Part shown: positions 19,801 to 28,105 of the stretch, piece after piece | Position numbering within the stretch: position 1 is the first letter of the stretch | Layout: each line of letters starts with the position of its first letter | NCBI GenBank assembly: GCA_050115495.1 | Contig: JASFQK010000037.1 | Span: 8,600-72,599, forward strand | Length of the DNA: 64,000 nt | From: Phycisphaerae bacterium | GTDB taxonomy: Bacteria > Planctomycetota > Phycisphaerae > UBA1845 > Fen-1342 | Direction: 5' to 3' | Translations under genes and position numbers: made by a program | The notes under the pieces: generated by a model | What the model saw: the letters and a program-made list of their open reading frames with translations, nothing else | What the model was told of the DNA's origin: nothing | The model's database searches: none

Positions 19801-20154
19801 GGTGCCGGTTACGCTGTCGAGGTACTCCTCGACCATGTTGAGGGAATCGAGGAGGACCGCCAACTGACCGGCGCCCGTGCCGCCCACGCCGCCGCCGGGC
19901 AAGCCCTGGGCGGACATCTGGACACGAGCCAGACCGGTCGCCTGGCCCATGGCGGACTCGCCGAAGATGCCGTCATCCCAGTCGACGAACCAGCCGGAGC
20001 CCAGTTGATCCAGGAATACTCCGCCGCCGGTACCGGTGACCGTGTCGAAGTCCTCATCCACGAGCTGTGCCGTCGCAACTCCGCCGGTGGCGAATGCCAG
20101 CAGCAGAACGACGGTCGCAACAGGGAACCTCACTCTCTTCTGCCCAGCCGCCAT
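16873..20154 (-). CDS. Large secreted protein with repeated beta-sandwich (CBM-like) modules and C-terminal dockerin
   Basis: Signal peptide ending ATA-Q. Four copies of an EDF..DWDxGI..WYAGxAW..LRxED..GTxQxIGG..WGxGxxLxxDN module, a CBM4/9-like LQNPGFE domain, and a terminal DEDSDVDLLDFATFQ...DVDGDGDIDQDD. Confidence 0.85.
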   Translation of the reverse strand: MAAGQKRVRFPVATVVLLLAFATGGVATAQLVDEDFDTVTGTGGGVFLDQLGSGWFVDWDDGIFGESAMGQATGLARVQMSAQGLPGGGVGGTGAGQLAVLLDSLNMVEEYLDSVTGTGGGAFLVGDGYTPNLSATTSDWDDGIEDESAFCYMRSGAVLNGDASAQGLTNGGLGGTGGGQIAVTDVTLNGGNWYAGLAWSIPVWPGGSGVLQNPGFELGLWDTIAGWDVWCDTSGSYPSVLIVTTDPQAGSQDLKVWGRASGMNSAGVAQELRAEPGQTWQLDCWSSHHAADGIDGTSNYAEMRIEFYDGISEEPLATTAATVLDGSSPLDTWIDNTPIQLTAPAGTLTVRAALQLVHPGSDGGAVFFDTVSFQVISGPPAFDRSEYSLTADIKGDANTAEGEIYGHYQLRVEDADGDRLVFESPVVADGTWQAIGGTLDQAIEKNSSDVPATGVFDFDSETFRVMLLFDPTRAPTWGTGGSLIIDNLVLTNDRPDGSDFSGALVWDLPPMSTLDPRYVTMSADVQGNVVGAKYELRLQGYVAIPNVDEDFAAITTDTEVQIAATDETDVTFEDWNSQIDNEEAFFHAVDATVTATGGVWVRGLTTGGYGDNGSCMQIEVRDVWPEDYGYWYAGAAWRDQILASTNLANVTISAKVKGTWNESWLQEPAQYILRLEDPDGDWIGFDQVYDGTYQSIGGPLSGYTVSGFADGSNGVFDLDTNLSYAVVIMFIGEGPPSSAYGNWGGTLTVDDVYLSPSPAPRLKEAGHVSFAGTADGTFQSVGAVLADGESTWPPEGGQFYPEWGSTITSWDIGIEGETAFAGFGWGASIETASVEGCTDCGVGGGGGGKLTVTGIQSPPGWYWAGVAWPGIEINMSNLSQVSFTADCKGVWDPGAGESAGMITLRLEDQNGRRISWDSPAVDGTFHTLGGTLNTFTAEDGFDTSAPSYIATIIVFGYRTPTWGTGATVYFDNVAVSDPSGALLAEDFETVVGPVPGSLVGMDAFAVTLSMQNGLFTWGDGASLVVDNLQFGMLPHSCDEDSDVDLLDFATFQSCFSGDGGGVGGGCTCVDVDGDGDIDQDDMTLLSGFYTGPE

Positions 20155-20304
20155 GGTCTGGCTCCTTCTTCTTCCGATGCCCGGCAGTCGCCCCACAATG
20201 CGGCCACCGAGATGCGTCGCTCCTGTCCCTATGGCTCCGGCGGCGTCGCCGTCGGCGGCAACATCCCGGGCCGGAGCGTCTCGTCCACCACGTGCCATAC
20301 AGTC

Positions 20305-23187
20305 TCAATCGGTGTTCTTGCGTATCTCCAACGTGCCCAGATAGTAGAACCCGTATTCGTTCGTGTTCGTCGCGCCCTTGTCGATGGTAATCGTGATGGC
20401 GTTCTGGGCGTTCGGCCCCATGTCCAGAATGCCGGCGATTTCCGATTGGTTATTGGACGCGTCGAGTGTTTCCATCGCCACGGACGAGCCGATCACGAGG
20501 TAGTCCGTCGTCCGGATATCCGCGACGCCCATGCGCGAGGCGAAGAAGATCAGGTCGTAGGTCGCCGTGGGATCCAGACCGGACAGCGTGATCCGTGCCA
20601 CCGGGAACGTGCCGCCGCTGAAGGGGATGCTGTTCCCGAAGAGCGAGTCCTGGAGAGCCGTGATGGGGTATTGCAGCGCGTCCAGGTCACTGCTCGGGGC
20701 AGGGCTGGTCGTGCCATTGGTGTTGGCCCCGTTGAATCGATAGGAGGGGTCGATCGTCAGCACGATACCGCTGGATTCGCCCGCCGCCGTGTCGAGCGGA
20801 ATGGCGCTGCCCATGTTGCTGGTGTGCACGTTGTTCCAGTAGCGCGGCGCGCCGCTCGTCGTCAACGTGGGGCTGCCGAAGTCAACCAGCACGACGTCAT
20901 TCGTGACGGCCGGCGTCACCGTGAGGTACACCTCGAGCGTGCAGTCCACATAGCCGGGGGCGAAGGCCGTCACCGTGGCCCAGTGGCTTCCGAGCGACAG
21001 GCCCAGGGCGTCCACATCGAGCGTGATCGGCGAGCCGGCGACCCACGAGGCCGGCAGGCTCAACCAGGTCGGCGCTTCTTGTGTCGCCTGGTCGATCGCC
21101 ACCAGCTTCACGATCGGCGTGCTGGAGTCGCTGGCCACGACGATGGTCGTGCCCTGCGTGGTCTCGTCCTGGACGACGCTCAGCGTCAGCTCGTCCGGCT
21201 GGAACGCCAGCTCGGGCGGCGGCGGCACGTAGGCGATCTGAGACTCGGCGAAGTCGACCAGGTCCACGTCGCCGTCGCCGTCGGCATCCACGATGCAGCA
21301 AAGCCCGTCGTACAAGGGTGGATCGCAATAGGCCGTGGGGCAGGGGCCCGTCAGACACTCGGACTGCTCCGCAGCCCCGCTCGACGGGATGGCGACGCGC
21401 ACGTTGTCGAAGATGACGAAAGCGTGGCCCGTCGTGTTCTGCCCGACGTAGTGATCGAACAGCCCCAGCATGATATTGCCGGAGTCGAAGCCGGATTCGT
21501 TCGCCGCCTCGTAGATGACGGTGCCGTTGAGCTTCCAGGTGACCACGCCGTCCTGCTGCGTGATCTCCCCCTCGACCCACTGGCGTCCCGGCGAGCCCGC
21601 CGCGGAGTCGCCGATCGGGTCGCCGCTGACGGCGGGGAAGAGGTCGCGCAGCAGCGGTTGGGTTTCGTCCCAGTGCGGAACCGGAAGCCGTGTCGGTGCG
21701 GCCTCCTCGTTCCCGTAGTACGCGTTGTAGTCCTTGATTACGCCGCCAGTGGGGTAGTACCCCACGGCATCGCCACCGTCGCCGGCCACGGCGAAGAAGA
21801 CGCCGTCCGAATCCGACGTGACGGCTTCCGACCCGGCGAGCCTCGACCCGCTATGGTTGATGCCGAAGCAGGCGTGCTCGGTGGACTCCGGCGAATTCCA
21901 GCTTATGTACATGTCCCAGCGCAGGGAGAAGTCACCGTCGAAGAACCAGCCGGTGGGGAAGGCGCAGACGCCGGACGGGGCCGCGGGCCCGGCGGCCGTG
22001 TTGGCCGTCATCTTCAGGCCGCGCGTCGTGCCGCCTTGCGAATTGGGGGCGCTCGGAATCGACGCCGCGCCGTAGTCGAAGTTGAATACGGCCGAGTCAC
22101 CGCTGCCGCCCGCGATGATCGTCCAGGCGGCCGAGGTATCCGTATCGAAGTCGTCCGACCATACGGTCGCCCAGATTCGTTCGCACTCGTCGGGAACGCC
22201 GTTGCCGTCACAATCGTCACTCGTACCCGCACTGATATCGCAGTCGTCGGGGATCGTGTTCCCGTTGCAGTCGGTTTCACGCCAGTCGGGCACGCAGTTC
22301 GCGTTGCAGTCCGACCCCGCGGCGCCGCAGGGGTGCGGGATCACCGCGTCGGCATACGCCTGGAGGTCCGCTGCTTCCTGTTCGGTCAGGCTGCCGAACA
22401 CCTTGGGCAGGCCGACCACGCTCTCGGAGTAGACCGTTCCGTAAATGACCAGGGCGGCGAGGTACGTTCCACGCGAGTTGGCGTGATAGAGATCGGAGGC
22501 GTGGAGGTTGGCCCAGCCGGTGTCCTCCCAGGCATCGCCCACCGGTGCCACCCACGCGCGATCTGCGCCGAGCGTGATGTCGATGTCCTGCTCCGCCTCT
22601 CGATAACCTGCCCGGAGCTCCTCCTGCATCTGCGCGGGGCCGCCGGGGAACGAGGGGTTGGCCCCGCTGTAGTATTCGTGTCCCGGTGCCCGGGCCCAGG
22701 TCTCGTACAGAATCGCGCCGGCGCCGGGGCTGTGGCTCCGGACCTCGCCGTACAGGGCGAGCAGGTCGGTGCGGAACTGGTTGAGCGCACCGATGTGCGT
22801 GGGTCGCGTCGAGTACCCCTGGAGGACCACGTAATCCCACTGGAAGCCGGGATCAGCCACGAAATCCTGCGGTGTGCTGATGACGGCCAGGTTGTTGGTC
22901 AGGTGCCAGGTCAGCGTTTGGCCACTCGCCGCGGCGTTCTCGATGTTGGGGTCCGCGTGCCCCGCGGCCGTGGCCAGTATGCCGACCACCCCCGGTACGC
23001 CTCCCAGGACTTCCGCCTCCGAAGAGCCCGAGCCCAGCGTGAAGCTGTTGCCGTAGAACAGGATGGTCAGCGGCTCATCCGCCCGGGCAGCGCCCGGCAG
23101 ACCAGCCAGGAGAGTGGCTCCACACGCCACCACGAGGCAAGCCGCGCGGAGACCGCCCCCGTGATTGGTACATCGTTTGTCACTCAC
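20305..23187 (-). CDS. Secreted multidomain protein: SGNH-like (DUF4886-type) esterase, Ca-binding repeats, lectin-like domain, dockerin-like loop, Ig-like domain, C-terminal beta domain
   Basis: FYGNSFT and SDLYHAN catalytic blocks; DCNGNTIPDDCD repeats; CLTGP...DADGDGDVDLVDFA. Confidence 0.85.
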   Translation of the reverse strand: MSDKRCTNHGGGLRAACLVVACGATLLAGLPGAARADEPLTILFYGNSFTLGSGSSEAEVLGGVPGVVGILATAAGHADPNIENAAASGQTLTWHLTNNLAVISTPQDFVADPGFQWDYVVLQGYSTRPTHIGALNQFRTDLLALYGEVRSHSPGAGAILYETWARAPGHEYYSGANPSFPGGPAQMQEELRAGYREAEQDIDITLGADRAWVAPVGDAWEDTGWANLHASDLYHANSRGTYLAALVIYGTVYSESVVGLPKVFGSLTEQEAADLQAYADAVIPHPCGAAGSDCNANCVPDWRETDCNGNTIPDDCDISAGTSDDCDGNGVPDECERIWATVWSDDFDTDTSAAWTIIAGGSGDSAVFNFDYGAASIPSAPNSQGGTTRGLKMTANTAAGPAAPSGVCAFPTGWFFDGDFSLRWDMYISWNSPESTEHACFGINHSGSRLAGSEAVTSDSDGVFFAVAGDGGDAVGYYPTGGVIKDYNAYYGNEEAAPTRLPVPHWDETQPLLRDLFPAVSGDPIGDSAAGSPGRQWVEGEITQQDGVVTWKLNGTVIYEAANESGFDSGNIMLGLFDHYVGQNTTGHAFVIFDNVRVAIPSSGAAEQSECLTGPCPTAYCDPPLYDGLCCIVDADGDGDVDLVDFAESQIAYVPPPPELAFQPDELTLSVVQDETTQGTTIVVASDSSTPIVKLVAIDQATQEAPTWLSLPASWVAGSPITLDVDALGLSLGSHWATVTAFAPGYVDCTLEVYLTVTPAVTNDVVLVDFGSPTLTTSGAPRYWNNVHTSNMGSAIPLDTAAGESSGIVLTIDPSYRFNGANTNGTTSPAPSSDLDALQYPITALQDSLFGNSIPFSGGTFPVARITLSGLDPTATYDLIFFASRMGVADIRTTDYLVIGSSVAMETLDASNNQSEIAGILDMGPNAQNAITITIDKGATNTNEYGFYYLGTLEIRKNTD

Positions 23188-23220
23188 GCGGCACCTCCGC
23201 CTGTGGGGAGCCTCGCAGGC

Positions 23221-24099
23221 CTACCTGCGCCGTCGGAGCACGCACGCTCCGACGGCGAGCAGGAGAAGCCCGCTGGACGGCTCGGGCACGATGAACTGAT
23301 CCGCTGCGGCGGAGAGGTAGTCGCCGTAGGGCTCCGGCATGCCCAGGCTCGCCAGCACGTCCGTCAGGTCGATGTCGCTGACGTCGTCCTCGTAGATCGT
23401 TCCGTAGATGACCAGCGACGCCAGCAACGTACCGCGGTTGTTCGCGTGGTAGCGGTCGGCGGCGTGCAGGTTGCTCCAACCGGTGTATTCCCACGCGTCG
23501 CCCACGGGGGCCACGCGCGACGTCTCGATGCCGGTCAGGGCGTTGACATCGGCCGTGGAGAGGGCGTACCCGTCCCGCAGCTCCTGCTGCATCTGGGCCG
23601 GCCCGCCGGGGAACTCCGGCGGACTGCCTTCGTAGAACTCGTGCCCCGGTGCGCGGGCCCAGGTCTCGAACCCGATCACCTGCGCGTCCGGGCTGTGGGC
23701 CGCGACCGCCTGGTACATCGAGACGAAGTCGGCCCGGTGGGCCGCCAGATCGCCGATGTGCGTCGGCTGCGTGGAGTAGTCCTGCAGAATGACGTAATCC
23801 CACGTCTGACCGGCGGGGATGCCGGTGGTAATGATCCCGAGGTTGCTCGCCAGATGATCCCCCAGGCTCCAGCCTTCCACGGCGGCGCTGACCACGTACG
23901 GATCTTCCTGGCCGGCCGCCACGGCGATGTCGTTCACCAGATCGGAGACGCTTCGCGTGCTCCAGGAGCCGAGGGTGAAGCTGTTGCCGTAGAAGAGCAG
24001 TTTCTTCTCGGCACTGGCCGGAGCGACCAGGATGAGCATCGCCACCAGCGCAACGGCGGCCCGGCCAGGATGTCTGCAGGCCTGCGCATGTCGGAACAT
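23221..24099 (-). CDS. PEP-CTERM protein with SGNH-like esterase domain
   Basis: FYGNSFT...ADRYHAN; C-terminus VPEPSSGLLLLAVGACVLRRRR. Confidence 0.85.
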   Translation of the reverse strand: MFRHAQACRHPGRAAVALVAMLILVAPASAEKKLLFYGNSFTLGSWSTRSVSDLVNDIAVAAGQEDPYVVSAAVEGWSLGDHLASNLGIITTGIPAGQTWDYVILQDYSTQPTHIGDLAAHRADFVSMYQAVAAHSPDAQVIGFETWARAPGHEFYEGSPPEFPGGPAQMQQELRDGYALSTADVNALTGIETSRVAPVGDAWEYTGWSNLHAADRYHANNRGTLLASLVIYGTIYEDDVSDIDLTDVLASLGMPEPYGDYLSAAADQFIVPEPSSGLLLLAVGACVLRRRR

Positions 24100-24208
24100 G
24101 ACAGTCTCCACTTTCCCAGCGCTTCCGCGACCGGCGGTCTCCGCAGGCCTGCGCGCAGGACGGGTAGACATCTCCTGCGCGACAAGCCCGCGGAGATCTG
24201 CGCGGCGT

Positions 24209-24901
24209 TTAGCGCCGCCGCAGGACCGCCACACCGCCAAGCAGGAGCAGGGTCAGCGTCGCCGGTTCGGGCACGACGTCCATCTTCATGGCGCCGAGGT
24301 AGTAGAACCCGTAGCTGTTGTTGTTGTTGGGGCCGGGCTGCACGTCGACGGTGATCTCGCCGGTGGGCGTCGGGCTGATGCCCGAGATCACCACGACGTT
24401 GCTCGTGTTGCCCACGGATTCCAGCACGGCGCTGCCGGCGTTCATGCCGGTGATGTCGTACTGGGCCTCACGGTTGTCGCTGGAGCCCATCCGCGACGCG
24501 AAGATCGTGAAGTCGTAGGTCAGCGCGGGGTCCAGTCCCGTCAGACGGAACCCGGCCGTCGGCTGAACCTGCTCGTACCAGGGCTGCGTGCAGCCATACA
24601 GGCTGTCGCGGGTGGCCTGCGGATCGAAGATCGCGGCGTCGCCGGTCGGCGACTGCGTTCCGTTGTTGTTGGCCGACGTCGTGTAAAAGGCGTCGTACAC
24701 GGTCAAGCCGATCCCGGTGTAGGCGCCGCTGTCATTGACGCAGTCGGCGATGGGGTACTGGTGCCAGTCGAGGTTGTTGTAGTTGCCGGGGGTGTGATTC
24801 GGTTCGTCGCCGAAATCGAAGAACAACGACTCTGCCATTGCCGGCATGGCCAGCGCGAACAGGCACGCGATCACCACCACACTCATTGCTGCACGGTACA
24901 T
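24209..24901 (-). CDS. PEP-CTERM protein with a single beta domain
   Basis: AGGAG SD, signal peptide, C-terminus VPEPATLTLLLLGGVAVLRRR. Confidence 0.88.
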   Translation of the reverse strand: MYRAAMSVVVIACLFALAMPAMAESLFFDFGDEPNHTPGNYNNLDWHQYPIADCVNDSGAYTGIGLTVYDAFYTTSANNNGTQSPTGDAAIFDPQATRDSLYGCTQPWYEQVQPTAGFRLTGLDPALTYDFTIFASRMGSSDNREAQYDITGMNAGSAVLESVGNTSNVVVISGISPTPTGEITVDVQPGPNNNNSYGFYYLGAMKMDVVPEPATLTLLLLGGVAVLRRR

Positions 24902-25033
24902 GTCAGTCTTCTCCTCCTGAAAGGGGTGAGAGGTTTTCGCCGCACGCTGGCTCGCCGCTGGCGACCCCAGTGACGGGCCGGCAAGAAGGGCCATGGACGC
25001 CGCCGCGCCTCCTCACCCGCGTGGGACGACCCG

Positions 25034-25056
25034 GTAACAGTTACCGTTTCTGTTCC
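25034..25056. promoter_or_regulatory. LacI-type operator candidate 1
   Basis: GTAACAGTTACCGTTTCTGTTCC, 19/23 identical to the site at 25478; lies just downstream of a minus-strand -10 (TATGAT, 25059-25064). Confidence 0.65.
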
Positions 25057-25058
25057 GG

Positions 25059-25088
25059 ATCATAACCGATTTCTGGTCGGCAATGCAA
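25059..25088 (-). promoter_or_regulatory. Sigma70-like promoter for the leftward PEP-CTERM/dockerin operon
   Basis: TTGCAT-N18-TATGAT. Confidence 0.5.
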
Positions 25089-25449
25089 TGCCAAGTTAAC
25101 CGAAAACACGCTGTTCGCTCATGGCTTCGGGGGCGGTTCCGGGGCCCGTGTTTCGCTGCCCGTTTCGCCCGGTCTGCGGCCGCCGACCGCCGCCGGCGGG
25201 GGGATGGCGCTCCGTTGCCCGACCCGACAGCCGGGCGAAGTGCCGGCGGGGCCGGCCCGCGGGCCGAATGGGCGGATTCCGCGGGAATATGCCGGAAAAA
25301 CGGGCGAATGGCCCCTCGCCCAACCGGTGAGCCGGGGGCAGACAGGGTGCATCGATCCCGTAGCTTGGCGCGGCCGCGGGCGGCAGGTGACGCTCGGCGG
25401 GCGGTTTACGAACGCGTCGCCCCATCGGCGGAAAACGTGGCGTTACCTA

Positions 25450-25500
25450 TTGACGCGGACGGGCGTGTTATGATAGTGTAACAGATACCGTATCAGTTAC
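25450..25500 (+). promoter_or_regulatory. Promoter (TTGACG-N18-TAGTGT) overlapped by palindromic LacI-type operator 2 (25478-25500)
   Basis: GTAACAGATACCGTATCAGTTAC is a near-perfect 23-bp palindrome directly upstream of the LacI-family gene. Confidence 0.65.
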
Positions 25501-25569
25501 GCTGACGCGTAACGCGACAGGCGAGTCGCGCCGCCTGCCCGTTCGCGCGGAACATAGTGAGTGCAGCGA

Positions 25570-26625
25570 ATGGCATCTGTAAGAAAAATCGCGGATCGGG
25601 CGGGCGTGTCGATTGCGACCGTCTCGCGTGCTCTCCACAACGAACGCGGTATCAGCCCCGATACACGGAGGCGGATATTGGCAATCGCGAACAGCGCCGG
25701 CTATTTCCGGGAGGCCCCCCAGCGCAGCACCTCACTGGTCGGCTTCGTCTACATCGGTGAGCAGACGCTCTCGCACCCCTTCGATGCCGCCGTGCTGGAC
25801 GGACTCTCCAAGGGTCTGCGGCCGGACGGTTACGACCTGGTGATCCTGAACCCGCAGCGCCGGCGGCAGTCGGCCATGGAGTTCGCGCAGCTCATCTGCC
25901 GCATGAACGTGCTCGGCGTCGTGTTGCGCACGATGTCGGAGTCGCGCGACGTGTGCGAGGCGATGGCCGAGATCGGCTTCCCCCACGTCGTGATCTCGGA
26001 GCGGTTCGAGGGTGATGCCCGGGTCAGCTACGTTGATTCCGACTCGCGGGCGGCCAGCATGCAGGCCACCGAATACCTGATCTCGCTGGGCCACCGCCGC
26101 ATCGCCTTCGCGACGCACAACGTCCCGGACCACGATCACCTGGATCGTTATGACGGGTACGCCGAGGCGCTGGCCAAGCACGGTCTGGCCGTCGAAGAGG
26201 ACCTCGTGTTCCGGCACCCGGCGGACGTGCCGGGCGGAGCCACGGTGCTGAAGATGGCCATGAGCATGAAGGACCGGCCCACGGCCATCTACTTCGCGGA
26301 CTGGCTGCTGGCCATCGGCGGGCTGAAGGCGGCGCATGCCATGGGCGTGCGCGTGCCGGCAGACCTTTCGATCATGGGCGTCGACGACGCGGAACTGCGG
26401 CACACGGTACATCCGACGCTGACCGCGGTGTGCCAGAATGCGTTCGACGTGGGTGCGAAAGCAGGGCAGGCCCTAGGCAAGATCCTCGCGGGGCAGGTTT
26501 CCGGCCCGCTACGCATCTCGCTGCCCGGGTTCTTCGAGATCAACGAGTCAACCGGAGTGCCGCAGCAGCACGCCGGCAGCACGGCGCCAGACGGGGATGG
26601 CAACGGTGGTTCCAGGCCGTTTTAA
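25570..26625 (+). CDS. LacI-family transcriptional regulator
   Basis: HTH SVRKIADRAGVSIATVSRAL; sugar-binding domain with LGHRRIAF and VPADLSIMGVDD..PTLTAV. Confidence 0.95.
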   Translation: MASVRKIADRAGVSIATVSRALHNERGISPDTRRRILAIANSAGYFREAPQRSTSLVGFVYIGEQTLSHPFDAAVLDGLSKGLRPDGYDLVILNPQRRRQSAMEFAQLICRMNVLGVVLRTMSESRDVCEAMAEIGFPHVVISERFEGDARVSYVDSDSRAASMQATEYLISLGHRRIAFATHNVPDHDHLDRYDGYAEALAKHGLAVEEDLVFRHPADVPGGATVLKMAMSMKDRPTAIYFADWLLAIGGLKAAHAMGVRVPADLSIMGVDDAELRHTVHPTLTAVCQNAFDVGAKAGQALGKILAGQVSGPLRISLPGFFEINESTGVPQQHAGSTAPDGDGNGGSRPF

Positions 26626-26648
26626 GGGCGGACACGGAGCGACGTAAC

Positions 26649-27761
26649 ATGCGCACTTCTCGCTCAACCGGATCGACAGGGTTTCGCCGCCGGGCACGGG
26701 CGTTCACGCTGATCGAGCTATTGGTGGTGGTGGCGATCATCGCCCTGCTTATCGCCATTCTCCTGCCGTCGTTGTCGCTCGCCCGGGAGCAGGCGAAGGC
26801 GACCGCGTGCCTGTCCAACATCCGCAGCATGGGGCAGATGGTGCACACGTTCGCGAACGACCGCGAAGGCTGGTTCCAGATTGCCGCGTCGGCCAACGGG
26901 CTGCTGCAGGCCGATCGCGACAAGCAGAAATACATGTATGGCGACGGCGGCGAGGTGCTGGCCTGGCCGGTCGCCCTGGCGCGGGCCAATTACTCGGGTT
27001 TCCGCAACAACTGGGATTGGGGTGTTCGCTCTCTACGAACCGACGCGATGTCCAAGCGCAGTGAGATGAGCAACCAGTTTATGGTGGCCGCCTGCCCGGC
27101 GGACCAGGTGCAGGTCGCGACGCCGTTCTTTCCACGTGGTTCAGCTCTGATCGGGGCCGATCCGACCGGTCTGACGGGATCTGACGTCTCGTACTGGGGC
27201 CGGCTGAGCTACGGGTTGAACGAAGACATCGCCGGGATTGAAGACACGGATACCCCGGTGCGCTACCCGGCCTGCTGGCGGTCGACGTATAGCGACACTG
27301 GCGATTGCACCGAGTGCATCGGCGGCTTCTGGTATGGCCCGAGCAGCCCGTGCTTCCGCCAGGAAGGAAGGCGGCTGCGCGGTCGCCTGGATCTGGTGTA
27401 CGAGCCGGCGACGGTGGCGTTGCTGGTCGACGCCGGACCGAACAACGGCGCCGCTCCCGGGGCGACCGGCGGGGTGGCGCACGATGCGAATCTGTTCAAT
27501 AGCTGGCAGATGGAGGCCGGCGGCAACCTCGCCGCCATAGGGCCGTACCTGGGCAACTGCGTGCAGTACATGGGGCCGCGGATTCCGACCAACCGGCATC
27601 CGGACGGCAGGGTCAACATTCTGTACGCCGACTGCCACGGTTCCTGGGCGAAGCCGACGGGAGAGTGGTCCCAGCCGAGCGGGAACGTGCCGGCCCTGCC
27701 CAAGCGCTATACGCCACGCGTGCGGGTTTCACCCTATAGCGACGGCGGCGCCCGGCCGTAA
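26649..27761 (+). CDS. Prepilin-type N-terminal cleavage/methylation (DUF1559-like) protein
   Basis: [35 protein letters not shown]-terminal RHPDGRVNILYADCH, a variant of the H-X9-DG motif. Confidence 0.92.
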   Translation: MRTSRSTGSTGFRRRARAFTLIELLVVVAIIALLIAILLPSLSLAREQAKATACLSNIRSMGQMVHTFANDREGWFQIAASANGLLQADRDKQKYMYGDGGEVLAWPVALARANYSGFRNNWDWGVRSLRTDAMSKRSEMSNQFMVAACPADQVQVATPFFPRGSALIGADPTGLTGSDVSYWGRLSYGLNEDIAGIEDTDTPVRYPACWRSTYSDTGDCTECIGGFWYGPSSPCFRQEGRRLRGRLDLVYEPATVALLVDAGPNNGAAPGATGGVAHDANLFNSWQMEAGGNLAAIGPYLGNCVQYMGPRIPTNRHPDGRVNILYADCHGSWAKPTGEWSQPSGNVPALPKRYTPRVRVSPYSDGGARP

Positions 27762-27934
27762 GTGCCTGCTGGTTCGGCGGGTGGATCGCCGGACCGATCG
27801 TGGACAGAGCACCTCGATCAGGAGGGAGGTGCGCATCGCTTCGACCCGAGCCGGCGGTCCTGGCGGCGCAGCGACAGCCGGTCGTGAGCGATGCACGCCG
27901 GGCCCGGTGGGTAGCAGCTTCCGGACGGATATGA

Positions 27935-28102
27935 CCCACGACTTCCACGTGGTGCGCGGTGGGCGATCTGCGTGTCTTCGCCGGCTGCACGGGCGGGCCC
28001 GCCGTGGAAGCCGGCTCCGGATGTTCGTGCATGGATGTGGACGGCGACGGCGACGTCGACCTGGGCGAGTACGCGCTGCTACAGCGCGCCCAGGCACCGT
28101 GA
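27935..28102 (+). pseudogene. Orphan dockerin-like fragment (3' remnant of a lost gene)
   Basis: Manual translation gives ...VGDLRVFAGCTGGPAVEAGSGCSCMDVDGDGDVDLGEYALLQRAQAP*. There is an in-frame stop at 27932 and no signal peptide. Confidence 0.7.
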
Positions 28103-28105
28103 GTC

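Noticed and set aside
20005..24354. 1449-aa plus-strand ORF, and similar long ORFs at 11990..13789, 40614..42659, 51081..53018 and 59511..61313
   Set aside because: Antisense shadows of well-supported genes in high-GC DNA; Arg/Gly/Val-rich with no recognisable motifs.
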